Below, piece by piece: positions 17,521 to 26,549 of a stretch of 57,390 bases of DNA. The position numbers were made by a program, and so were the translations under genes. The stretch's first letter is position 1. Every line of letters begins with the position of its first letter. This DNA is from Pseudomonadota bacterium (GTDB lineage: Bacteria; Bdellovibrionota_B; Oligoflexia; Oligoflexales; CAIYRB01): contig JANOTL010000010.1 in assembly GCA_031416315.1 (NCBI GenBank), positions 1-57,390 of the forward strand. The letters are read 5' to 3'. The notes beneath the pieces were generated by a model. It saw only the letters and a list, made by a program, of their open reading frames with translations. It was not told the origin of the DNA and ran no database searches.

Positions 17521-19205
17521 GTGACGAGCACCCCCCCGCCGGCATAGCCGGCGGAGTAAGGAACGCCGAGGATCGCGACCTCGTTGGGCGCCAGATCGGT
17601 GCGCTCACGCAAGCTTACGTCGACCTTCTCGAAGACGTAAAAACCGAGAAGCGCCGTCTTGAACAGCACGCCGAAGAGCGGGAAGCTCGGGCCTGCCGTA
17701 AAGAAAGCGTCGACGCCGACGCGATTGGACGAAACCTTGCCGCCCGACTTCAAGAGCGAGAAACCGGTGTCGAAGGAGTACCAGCCGCGCAAGGTGTACG
17801 ATTTCGACAGCACCTCGGCGCCGGCTTCGAGCGCCAAGCTGAACGTCTTGCCGAGGTAGAACTGCTCGGTGCGTACTTTCCCGGGATTCTCGGGGTCGGG
17901 ATTCGGCACCTGTAAGCGAGCGTCGAAACGCCACATGCCGAGCTTCGGGTCGATCGTGATGCGGTCCAAGACGAAACCGGGGTCGAAGCCGAAGGAAAAC
18001 CCAAGCGTGTGGCGGCTCCACTCGAGATGCGCTATATCGGTCGAGCCGTCGGCGCCGCGCACGGTGTTCTTTGTGATCGGGAGCTTGTCGTAGTAGTAGC
18101 GCAGGCCTTTGAGCGGACCGCCGCGGAACTCCAGGAGAAGGCTGAAAATGCGCGTCGCCTCGAGGAGCTCGTCGCCCGGGATCACCTCGAAGCCGTAGCG
18201 CAAGCCGACGTAGCCCGCGGCGCCGGTCTCGAGGAAGTTCCCGAACAGGCTGAGGGGACGGCCTTTGAGAAAGTCGAGCAGCGTGCCGTTCGCAGAAGCC
18301 GCTTGCAGGGCGATCTGACCGTCGGTGGTGAGCTTCTTGAGCTCCGCGGTGCGCGTCCCGGGGCCGCGTGCATCGTGTGCCCAGAGGGGAGCTTCCTTCA
18401 GCGCCGCGGCTACGGCGGCGTCGGGCTCGTAGACGACCGCGCCGCCGACGAGCGTAAAGCTGTCCTCTTCCTTCTTGCCTTTTTTCTTCTTCGGCGGCGT
18501 GATCGTCGTGCGTTTCGCGCGGCCGACGACCTCGGTGCGCCAGAGGAGATTGTCTTCCTCCCAGCGCAGACGATAGAAGACCAGCTCTTCCGGAGGGTCC
18601 GGGACGGTGAACTTGAACTTCTTCGAGTAACCAGCGCGCCAGTGGCGGACGGTCAGATCGTCCGGGGAAGCGACGTGCATGGCCATCGGCATCGCGTCGA
18701 GCATGGCGAACGAGACGCCGTCGGTGAACTCGTCGTCCTCGAAGAACGACATGAAATAGAGCGACGGACGAAGACCGAGGCGCGCAACCTCGACGGTCTC
18801 GCCCTTCGCGGCTTTGAACGTGAGCGAGAAGCTGATCGACTTTTTCGCGTCGAGGATCTCGAGGCGCCAAGGCGAATCTCTCGCGTCGTTTTCGCCTTCG
18901 CTCGCGCTGCCGCCGACCTTCTTGTCGTCCCGGAGACAGTCGAAGCCGGAAAAGGCACCGAAACCCCACGCGCCTTTGCCCGCCGTGAGCGCCGCGCCGA
19001 TCTTCTCGCAGGCCCTTTTCCACTGCTTGTGGTACTCGCCCCGCGTCGGACCCTCGTCGGGGTCTTTGACCGGAACTTTGCGGCCCTTCGCCTCCTGCAG
19101 AACGATCTCGAGCCGCCCCGGCGGTAGGCCGTCGGCGGCGAAAGCGCGCGTCCCGACCGAAAGGAGCAAGAGAAGCGGCAGAAAGTGGCGCAAGACTCGC
19201 ATCAT
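17514..19205 (-). CDS. Secreted protein with probable C-terminal outer-membrane beta-barrel
   Basis: Signal peptide; amphipathic aromatic/Gly-rich strands in the C-terminal half; ends GGGVLVTW (terminal aromatic residue). Confidence 0.6.
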   Translation of the reverse strand: MMRVLRHFLPLLLLLSVGTRAFAADGLPPGRLEIVLQEAKGRKVPVKDPDEGPTRGEYHKQWKRACEKIGAALTAGKGAWGFGAFSGFDCLRDDKKVGGSASEGENDARDSPWRLEILDAKKSISFSLTFKAAKGETVEVARLGLRPSLYFMSFFEDDEFTDGVSFAMLDAMPMAMHVASPDDLTVRHWRAGYSKKFKFTVPDPPEELVFYRLRWEEDNLLWRTEVVGRAKRTTITPPKKKKGKKEEDSFTLVGGAVVYEPDAAVAAALKEAPLWAHDARGPGTRTAELKKLTTDGQIALQAASANGTLLDFLKGRPLSLFGNFLETGAAGYVGLRYGFEVIPGDELLEATRIFSLLLEFRGGPLKGLRYYYDKLPITKNTVRGADGSTDIAHLEWSRHTLGFSFGFDPGFVLDRITIDPKLGMWRFDARLQVPNPDPENPGKVRTEQFYLGKTFSLALEAGAEVLSKSYTLRGWYSFDTGFSLLKSGGKVSSNRVGVDAFFTAGPSFPLFGVLFKTALLGFYVFEKVDVSLRERTDLAPNEVAILGVPYSAGYAGGGVLVTW

Positions 19206-20833
19206 TTGGTGGCGACGATCTCCACTTTCTCGAGGAAGATGGCGCGAGCTTGCGTGTCGATGAATTTGGCGACCTCGGCGTTGGTCTTGATGAAGTCGCG
19301 GCTGACCGGGTAGATCTTGCTGCGCTTCAACACGTACAGGACCTTGCCCTTGTCCAGACTTTGGTTCACCATATCGGCGAGCGCCGTTTGCGACTTGCCG
19401 CGCATGTCGTAGTAGGCGCTTTTCGGCCCCTTGAAGGCGAATTCTCCACCGATCACGCCGAGCAGAGTCTTAGCGAGGCTCGCGTCGAGCGAGCCGCCGC
19501 CGAGCTGCGCGACGACGGAGCCGCCGCGGACGATGAAGGTGCCGCTCGCGCCCGGCCCGTCGCGGGTCAAGCCGACGGCCGCGGCGCCGCGAACATAAGG
19601 AATGAATTTGCCATACTCGGTGCTGCTCGCGAGCCGAATGACGATCGGCGCTTCGCCTGGGCCGATCGAGGTCTTCGGCGCGATCCATCTGGCGTCACCG
19701 CCGTTGCCGACGAGGGCGTCGAGCGCGATCGTGACCGAACCGGCGGGGACCTCGCCGTAACTGACGATGCGGTTCGTCGGGCGCTCGTCGGCGAAGCTCC
19801 TTTGGGACTCTTTTTCTTTGGTGACGAGCGCGCCGGCGCGGACCGAGAATTCGTAAGAGACGACGAGGCCGTTGCGCTGCGCGGTCGCGACGCGCTTGAT
19901 GCGCTCGACGGGGACTTTGAACTCGAGGTCGGTGGCGCTCTTTCCTTCGATGATCTGCGCGCCCTTGCCGCCGGCGCCGCCGAGCTCGAGGAGCGGCTTC
20001 CACACGGCGCCGTCGCCCGGCTTGGTCGCGGGCGCGGCCATCGGAACGTCGATCACATCCGAAGCCAGTGCGGAGAGCGGCTGCATCGTGTGATAGCTCT
20101 TCTCAGCGAACGCGACGTTAACGCGCGGCTCGAAGCCTTTGGCGACGAGCACGGCCTTTTCGGGCTCAGGCTCTGGCTTGGGCTCCGGCTTTTTCGGCGG
20201 CGGGGGCGGCGGCGGTGGCGGGGGCGGCGGCTCGTGCGCCGGAGCCGTCGTCATGGCGGCAAAGGTCTTATCAAGGACCGGCGCAGCCGGCGGCGCTGGC
20301 GGCGAGATCGGCCACTTTCCTTTAGGATCGAACTTCGTCACCTTCTTGCCGACCGGCTTCACGAGGGCGACCGGCTTGCCGGCTGCGACGGAGTAGGCCT
20401 GGCCGTCGGCGCGCAGCATGATGTCGGGACAATCGGTGCAGCTGCCGCTCACGTCGGCGACCATCGAGCCCCGGAGCAACGTGATCATGAAGGCGAACTC
20501 GCCGGAGACCTGCTGGATGCCGGTGATCTGAATTTGGGTCTCTTCTCCGAGCTGCAGCGAGCGCCGCGGGTCGAAGCGGACAAGGGTGCGCGCACCGCGG
20601 CCCGTCGCGAGGCGGTCGCCGTCGAAGATGCCCTGCCGGTCAACGGTCTCTTTCCAACGGACCAGCCCCTCGGAGCGTACTTGCACCGAGCCGACGCGCT
20701 CATCGAGACGCGCAATCGGACGTGCGTCGAGGGCAAAAAACCGATCTTGATTGGCAATGGCACCGATGACGCCGGCTACGAGGAGTAGCCAGACGGAGAA
20801 ACTCGCGGTCTTGATCGTTTGAGAACGATCCAA
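19202..20833 (-). CDS. Membrane-anchored FecR-domain protein with poly-proline linker
   Basis: N-terminal TM helix; GSVQVR..W, IFDGDRLATG..RTLVRF..LQLGEETQIQI..LLRG FecR pattern; PPPPPPPPPPPPKKPEPKPEPEP; TTG start after AAGGAAGG. Confidence 0.72.
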   Translation of the reverse strand: MDRSQTIKTASFSVWLLLVAGVIGAIANQDRFFALDARPIARLDERVGSVQVRSEGLVRWKETVDRQGIFDGDRLATGRGARTLVRFDPRRSLQLGEETQIQITGIQQVSGEFAFMITLLRGSMVADVSGSCTDCPDIMLRADGQAYSVAAGKPVALVKPVGKKVTKFDPKGKWPISPPAPPAAPVLDKTFAAMTTAPAHEPPPPPPPPPPPPKKPEPKPEPEPEKAVLVAKGFEPRVNVAFAEKSYHTMQPLSALASDVIDVPMAAPATKPGDGAVWKPLLELGGAGGKGAQIIEGKSATDLEFKVPVERIKRVATAQRNGLVVSYEFSVRAGALVTKEKESQRSFADERPTNRIVSYGEVPAGSVTIALDALVGNGGDARWIAPKTSIGPGEAPIVIRLASSTEYGKFIPYVRGAAAVGLTRDGPGASGTFIVRGGSVVAQLGGGSLDASLAKTLLGVIGGEFAFKGPKSAYYDMRGKSQTALADMVNQSLDKGKVLYVLKRSKIYPVSRDFIKTNAEVAKFIDTQARAIFLEKVEIVATK

Positions 20834-20898
20834 AATTCGGCCCTTCCTTGTGCCTTTACCAAGCGTCGCGAAGCATATATCTCCGCGTCTACCAAGGG

Positions 20899-20926
20899 GA
20901 ATCGGCAGGATCACGGCGGACCTTTA
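20899..20926 (-). promoter_or_regulatory. Sigma-28-like promoter of the FecR operon
   Basis: TAAA-16 nt-GCCGATTC. Confidence 0.6.
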
Positions 20927-20930
20927 CGAC

Positions 20931-20957
20931 TTCAGTCCGCGCCGGTCGCGCCGATAC
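20931..20957 (+). promoter_or_regulatory. Sigma-28-like promoter of the HAMP-PP2C gene
   Basis: TTCA-15 nt-GCCGATAC. Confidence 0.5.
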
Positions 20958-20982
20958 GCGGGGGAGAACCCCAGGAGCTCCG

Positions 20983-23331
20983 ATGGCCGGCGTGCCGCCA
21001 CCCGAATACACGAACATGTCTGCGCCCGCGCAGCAGATCGCGCCGCAGCGTCCGAAAACGGTCGGCCGTTTGACGTCGCTGCCGGCGAAGCTCTTCTACT
21101 ACATGACGGCGCTTGTGCTGATCACGATCGCCGGCAATTCGTTCCAGTACATCCGCACGTTCATGAGCTTCCAGACGCAGCAAGTGCAGGATCAGGTGCA
21201 GCTGCAGGCGGAGCGAGCCAGCGGGCAGATCGAAAGCGCCATCGACGCCTGGCGCGCCCAGGTCGCCGTCGCGCTCCCGACCTTGAAGACAGAAGAAGGC
21301 GAGATCAACCCGGCGCTTTTGCGCAAATTCATCGACTCGAGCTCCGAGTTCGTCGGCTTTCAGATGCTCGGCGCACCGACCGCGACGAGCACGGCGTTCA
21401 AGCCGCTCGGCGAATCCCTCTCCTCCGCTTCGTCCGATCCCCGCTTCGAGGACAAAATCCCCGCGAAAGTCTGGACCGACCTCAAAGGTGCCACGAAGCG
21501 CTGGCTGAAGCGCGACGTGCCGCGCTCGAAAAAGCAGAACGTCCTCGTTGAATCGTTCGCGAAGACGACCGGTCTGCCCATCCTCATGGTCGCGGTCCGC
21601 TTCGACGTCGCGAACAGCAAGGACGTGGTCTGGGCCATCCTGGCGACGTGGCAGACGAACTTGATCAAGGCCCTGCCGAAGTCGAAGTTCATCGACAGCG
21701 TCGTGGTCGACGGCCGCGGCAAGACTTTCAGCTCGCCCTCCGCGACCGACATGGTGCGTCGCAAGAAATTCAGCGGCGCGAAGCTCTTGAAGTCCGCGCT
21801 TTCAGGCTCGGCGCCCGCCGGTTTCGAGCCGGAGTACCAGGGCGAAGGCGGCAAGAAGCGTCTCGGCGCCTTCTCGCGTCTGCCGAGATATGGCATCTCC
21901 GTCCTGGTCGAGATGGACGCGGAGATGGCGTTTCAAGCGCTGAAGAAGAACCTGTCGACCACGGCGCTGTGGGCCGGCCTCTTCATCCTATTCGCCGTCG
22001 GCTTCGCCTACATCGGCGCGAACGGCATCACGCGCGGCCTCCGTGAGGTGACGCAGGCGACCGAGCGCATTGCCGCCGGCGACTTCCGGCATCAGATTCG
22101 GCCGACGTCGCGTGACGAGATCGCGGTCCTCGGCCACGCCGTCAACAACATGTCGAGCAAGATCGTCGGCCTGATGCGCAACCAAGTCGAAAAGGCGCGC
22201 ATCGAGCAGGAGCTCGAGACCGCGAAAATGGTGCAGGGGACGTTCTTTCCGCGCGAAGACATCCGCCGCGGCTCCGTCTTCGTTACCGGCTATTACCAGC
22301 CTGCGACCGAATGCGGCGGCGACCTCTGGGGCCACTTCTCCATCCGTGAGGGCGTCGACTTCGTCTTCGTCGCCGACGCCACCGGCCACGGCGCTCCGGC
22401 CGCGCTCGTCACCGCGATCTGCTACTCGACGACGCAGACCATCGCCGATCTCCTGCGCGACAAGATCCCCATCGACGAGTCTCCGTCCCGCATCCTCGAG
22501 CGCCTGAACCGCATCATCCACGAAGCCGTTCGCGGCAAGATCTGCATGACCTTTTACGCGGCGGTGATCGACACCATCGAAGGTCGCATCATCACGGCGA
22601 ACGCCGGCCACAACTTCCCCCTGCTGATTCCCGCGACCGCGGACGACGACCGCCAAGGCAAAGTCGGTCGCGCGCGCTCGAAGCGCCAGGGCGGACGTAT
22701 CCAACCGATTTCTTTGAAGATTGCCGGAACGCCTTTGGGAATGGACCCGACGGCGACGTACCGCGACGAAGTGATCGAGCTCCGCGCCGGCGACAAGCTC
22801 TTCATGTTCACCGACGGGTTGATTGAGTGCTCGAATCCTCAGGGCGCCGTCTGGGGCCGCAAGTTTCTGGTCGATCAGCTCGTCGACACCTGCCACCTGA
22901 GCGCTGAGTCGATGCGTGAAGAGATCATTGGGCGCGCGTTCCGCTTCTTTGCCAACAAGCCGCTGATGGACGACGTGACGGTCGCCGTGATCGAAATCGA
23001 CAAGAGCTGGCGCAAGTCGGCGAAGGCCTCACAGGCGAAGACGACCGTTCTCACGCCCGCCGCATCGCCCCTACCGGCGGCGACGCTGCCCCCGATGCCA
23101 CAGCCGACCGTGGCGCCGGCGCTGGCCCCCGCCGTCGCGAAGGTTTCCGCTTCGATTCCCCCGGCCGTGACGGTGACGGCGCGCCCTGCGGCTCCGCAGC
23201 CGCAAGCCCCGGTTCACACCGCCGACTCGGGCCAGCACGAGTCTCGTCCGGCTTCCCCGACGTCCTCGCCGGCGCCGATGCCGCTCGGCCGGGGCGGCAA
23301 GTACAAGATCAAGCTGCCGAGCACCGGCTGA
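20983..23331 (+). CDS. Membrane sensor with periplasmic domain, HAMP and SpoIIE/PP2C phosphatase domain
   Basis: Two TM helices, HAMP (ITRGLREV..RDEIAVL), CGGDLW, VADATGHG, NAGHNFP, FTDGL, DDVT; AGGAG RBS. Confidence 0.9.
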   Translation: MAGVPPPEYTNMSAPAQQIAPQRPKTVGRLTSLPAKLFYYMTALVLITIAGNSFQYIRTFMSFQTQQVQDQVQLQAERASGQIESAIDAWRAQVAVALPTLKTEEGEINPALLRKFIDSSSEFVGFQMLGAPTATSTAFKPLGESLSSASSDPRFEDKIPAKVWTDLKGATKRWLKRDVPRSKKQNVLVESFAKTTGLPILMVAVRFDVANSKDVVWAILATWQTNLIKALPKSKFIDSVVVDGRGKTFSSPSATDMVRRKKFSGAKLLKSALSGSAPAGFEPEYQGEGGKKRLGAFSRLPRYGISVLVEMDAEMAFQALKKNLSTTALWAGLFILFAVGFAYIGANGITRGLREVTQATERIAAGDFRHQIRPTSRDEIAVLGHAVNNMSSKIVGLMRNQVEKARIEQELETAKMVQGTFFPREDIRRGSVFVTGYYQPATECGGDLWGHFSIREGVDFVFVADATGHGAPAALVTAICYSTTQTIADLLRDKIPIDESPSRILERLNRIIHEAVRGKICMTFYAAVIDTIEGRIITANAGHNFPLLIPATADDDRQGKVGRARSKRQGGRIQPISLKIAGTPLGMDPTATYRDEVIELRAGDKLFMFTDGLIECSNPQGAVWGRKFLVDQLVDTCHLSAESMREEIIGRAFRFFANKPLMDDVTVAVIEIDKSWRKSAKASQAKTTVLTPAASPLPAATLPPMPQPTVAPALAPAVAKVSASIPPAVTVTARPAAPQPQAPVHTADSGQHESRPASPTSSPAPMPLGRGGKYKIKLPSTG

Positions 23332-23346
23332 CCGCCGCAGCTCGGC

Positions 23347-24006
23347 TCACTTGAAGACGTAGCCACCGCCGTAGACGCTCTGGATTCCGATCGGACTGCC
23401 GCTCAGTTTCTTGCGCAGCCGCGAGACGTGGCTGTCGATCGAGCGCGCCGTCACCTTCACCTCGCCCCAAATCGCCGCGCAGATCGCTTCGCGCGTGAGA
23501 CAGGCGCCGGGATGCTCGAGGAAATACTTCAAGAGCTGCGCTTCCTTCAGCGGCAGGGCGACGGCCTCGAGATCGGGATGCAGCTTCAACTCGAGCTTGG
23601 TGAAGTCGAAGCTCAGGTCACGATAACGCAGGCGCGTCGCCATGCGGCCGCCGACGCGGATGAGCTCGCGGATGAAGTTGCTCAGGTGCAGGTCGTCCTC
23701 AGGGCGGCGCGAGCGCGAATGACGCTCGGGCAAGGCGCGCGGCGACGGATCCTGGACCTCGTCGTCGTACAGAAAGAGCACCGGCGCACCCGTCGGCAGC
23801 GTCTCGGCGTCGAGCAGCTCGTCGGCCAGATCGCTCTCACCTTCGACGTGCACGAGGATGAGATCCGGCAGCGGCCCGCGCGCGAACCGGGTGAGCGTCG
23901 CAAAACTTCCGGCCGTCGCGAACACGCGCACGGCGAAGTCGCCTTGCAAGCTGCGGGTGATCGGGCGCGCGCAGCCGGCGCGCTCGATGATCCAAAGGAC
24001 GCTCAA
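23347..24006 (-). CDS. OmpR/PhoB-type winged-helix regulator with degenerate receiver domain
   Basis: LPLKEAQLL, LTREAI..IWG, RSIDSHVSRLRKKL..IQSVYGGGY; receiver lacks the conserved Asp residues. Confidence 0.85.
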   Translation of the reverse strand: MSVLWIIERAGCARPITRSLQGDFAVRVFATAGSFATLTRFARGPLPDLILVHVEGESDLADELLDAETLPTGAPVLFLYDDEVQDPSPRALPERHSRSRRPEDDLHLSNFIRELIRVGGRMATRLRYRDLSFDFTKLELKLHPDLEAVALPLKEAQLLKYFLEHPGACLTREAICAAIWGEVKVTARSIDSHVSRLRKKLSGSPIGIQSVYGGGYVFK

Positions 24007-24086
24007 ACGGGGAAACCTCGGAGGTGGGAGCTCTGCTAGGATTATAGTAGATTTTACCGTTGCCTACACTGGTCCGGGGGATGCGC

Positions 24087-25322
24087 ATGTCGACGGCGGA
24101 TGAAGTTACCGTAGCCAAGATCCGCGAAGCGCTCGTCCGCATCCGCCCTTACGTCCCTTGCTCGTCCGTTAAGGAGTCGCTTTTTCTCCAGGCGCGCAAG
24201 GGCGTGCGCACGTTTCTCAAGCTGGAGAACTTGAACCTTTCGGGCTCGTTCAAGATCCGCGGGGCAGTAAATGCCTTGCTCCAGGCGAACCCTGAGCAGC
24301 TGAAGCAAGGCGTCATCGCGGCCAGCGCCGGCAATCATGCGCAGGCCGTCGCCTGGACCTGCAAGATGCTCGGAGTGAAGGCGACGATCTTCATGCCGAC
24401 GCGCGCACCGCTGGTGAAGGCGGAGGCGACCCGCGAGCTCGGCGCCGAGGTGATTCTCTCGGGTCAAAGCTACGACGACGCGTACCAGGCAGCGCGCGCC
24501 TTCGAAAAGGAGCGCGGCGGGTTGCTTGTTCATGCTTTCGCGGATTCCCGCGTCGTCTGCGGCCAAGGCACGATCGGCTTCGAGCTGCTCGATCAAATCG
24601 AAGACCTCGGCATGGTTGTCGTCGCGATCGGCGGCGGCGGCATCGTCAGCGGCATCGCCACGGTCATCAAGAGCCTAAAGCCCGACGTGAAGATCATCGG
24701 CGTGCAGTCGGCGGCGTATCCCGCGATCGAACGATCGTTCGCTAGCAAGCGTTTCGTCGCCTGCTCGCGCGGCTCGACGATCGCCGACGGCATCGCGATC
24801 AAGGAGCCGAGCGAGATGACCTATGCGATGATCGAGAAGTTCGTCGACGAGGTCATCACGGTCGAAGAGGAGGAAATCGCCTCGGCGGTGATGAGCCTAA
24901 TCGAATGGGATCACTTGCTCGCCGAGGGCGCGGGTGCGGCCTCGGTCGCCGGTCTGTTAAAGCTGCCGCAGGCGCAGCTCGACGCGCTCGGGAAAAAGGC
25001 GGTCGCCTGCATCATCTCCGGCGGCAACATCGACGTGAACCTGCTGAAGCGGATCATCCCAAACGGCCTCAAGCACTCAGGCCGCCTCATGCGCCTCGCG
25101 GTGCGCATCCCGGACCGCCCGGGACGCCTGGCCGAGCTCTTGAACCTGGTGGGTCGCACCGGGGCGAACCTCCAGGAAGTACAGCACAACCGGCTATTCG
25201 GCGCCGTGGGCTACGACGACGTCGAGGTCCAACTGGACCTCGAGACGACGAACAAGAAGCATCAGGACGAGATCGTCGAGGCGCTGAAAGCCGGGGGCTT
25301 TCGCTTCACCTCGATGGATTGA
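24087..25322 (+). CDS. ilvA: Threonine ammonia-lyase with C-terminal ACT domain
   Basis: KLENL..SGSFKIRGA, ASAGNHAQ, GGGG, SGGNID; ACT IPDRPGRL. Confidence 0.92.
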   Translation: MSTADEVTVAKIREALVRIRPYVPCSSVKESLFLQARKGVRTFLKLENLNLSGSFKIRGAVNALLQANPEQLKQGVIAASAGNHAQAVAWTCKMLGVKATIFMPTRAPLVKAEATRELGAEVILSGQSYDDAYQAARAFEKERGGLLVHAFADSRVVCGQGTIGFELLDQIEDLGMVVVAIGGGGIVSGIATVIKSLKPDVKIIGVQSAAYPAIERSFASKRFVACSRGSTIADGIAIKEPSEMTYAMIEKFVDEVITVEEEEIASAVMSLIEWDHLLAEGAGAASVAGLLKLPQAQLDALGKKAVACIISGGNIDVNLLKRIIPNGLKHSGRLMRLAVRIPDRPGRLAELLNLVGRTGANLQEVQHNRLFGAVGYDDVEVQLDLETTNKKHQDEIVEALKAGGFRFTSMD

Positions 25323-25338
25323 TCCCGACCGGAGCGGC

Positions 25339-26340
25339 TCAGCCGCAGGCCGGAGAGCCCTTCTTGCAGAACTTCTTGAACTTTAGCTGCAGCTCGTTGG
25401 TGCCGTCGATCTTCTTGTAGAAGAAGACGACGGGCTCGGAGCCGACTTCGCCGCATTGGTCGATCACGTAGCCGTCTGCCTCGAGGGCTTCGTACTGCGT
25501 GGTGATGTTGACGTTCATCGCCTTGAACTTGTCGAGGATCGCCGTTTTGCTGCAGTCGAAGGAGGTCGCGATCTTCGAGACGTGGCACTTGTCGGCGCCG
25601 CGATCGTAGACGAGATCCTTGGCCTTGCACTCTTTCATCGCAGGCGGGTTCAGCAGATCTTCCCAGCCGCTGGGATCGCTGCCGGAGTTGACGTCGGAGC
25701 CGGAGCCGTCGCTGCCGCAGTCTGTGCCGCTGCCGCTGCCGTTGCCGGCGTTGATCCGAGTTTTCGGCTTGCCGCCTTCAACCCAGGCGCGGATTTTCTT
25801 GCGCTCGCCGGTCGTCAGGCCGGGCTCGTCTTCCGGCGGCATGCGATCCTTGTCGATGGCGCGGAGCGAGCCTGCGGCGTCGCCGACGAGCTTGTCGTAG
25901 TCGGAGAGATCCGGCTCTTTCTTGTCGGCCGAGTGACACTTCAGGCACTTCTCTTCGACGATCGACTTGATGTCGTCCTCGTAGTTCGGGACCGAGCCGC
26001 CGCTGCTCGAGCTGCTGCCGCAATCCGTGCCCGATCCTGAGGAAATGGCGTCGGACGAATCCGAGCTGGAAGAGTCGGAGCCCGAGCCGGAAGAGTCGGA
26101 GCCCGACGAGTCGGAGCCTGAGGAATTGGAGCCGGTGCCGCCAGATCCCGACGTGCCGCTGTCGTCGTCGTCGTCGTTCGAGGACCCGCCGGTCGTCGTC
26201 GTCGTCGTGCTCGCCGGCTTGGCGTTGCCACTTTTCCTCTTCGGCTCGGTCTCGGCCGGCGGCTGCTCCTTGCACGCCGAGATGACGAGCAGAACGGCGA
26301 CTACGAACGACACGATGTTGCGATTACCAAGCTGGTGCAT
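25339..26340 (-). CDS. Lipoprotein with Ser/Gly/Asp-rich linker, monoheme cytochrome c domain and Cys-rich C-terminal domain
   Basis: Lipobox ISAC; CLKCH with a distal RMPP Met ligand; six Cys in the C-terminal ~95 aa. Confidence 0.75.
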   Translation of the reverse strand: MHQLGNRNIVSFVVAVLLVISACKEQPPAETEPKRKSGNAKPASTTTTTTGGSSNDDDDDSGTSGSGGTGSNSSGSDSSGSDSSGSGSDSSSSDSSDAISSGSGTDCGSSSSSGGSVPNYEDDIKSIVEEKCLKCHSADKKEPDLSDYDKLVGDAAGSLRAIDKDRMPPEDEPGLTTGERKKIRAWVEGGKPKTRINAGNGSGSGTDCGSDGSGSDVNSGSDPSGWEDLLNPPAMKECKAKDLVYDRGADKCHVSKIATSFDCSKTAILDKFKAMNVNITTQYEALEADGYVIDQCGEVGSEPVVFFYKKIDGTNELQLKFKKFCKKGSPACG

Positions 26341-26395
26341 CGAGCACCCTCCGAGGCGTACTTTGGGGATAAAGAAGCTCTGTCACGATGCTCCC

Positions 26396-26423
26396 TTATC
26401 GGTTTTCTGCCGGTTGGCCTTTA
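26396..26423 (-). promoter_or_regulatory. Sigma-28-like promoter
   Basis: TAAA-16 nt-ACCGATAA upstream of the cytochrome c lipoprotein. Confidence 0.6.
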
Positions 26424-26549
26424 GGGGGGGCGGACCATTTGCGCTTTTATTCATAAATTCGGATAGTTACGTTGTTACTACAGAAGCGCCGGCGAACTCC
26501 GAAAACCCTTCCGAAGGGGAAACTCTTGGCTTCGCCGGCACCTAGAGGA

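Noticed and set aside
19250..20788. Many long antisense or alternative-frame ORFs (this one, 28827-30209, 31584-33089, 43936-45216 and others)
   Set aside because: Expected shadows of high-GC coding sequence; no motifs, and they overlap better-supported genes
26040..26210. Short degenerate repeats such as GAGTCGGAGCC and (GTC)n
   Set aside because: They simply encode the Ser/Gly/Asp/Thr low-complexity linker of the lipoprotein
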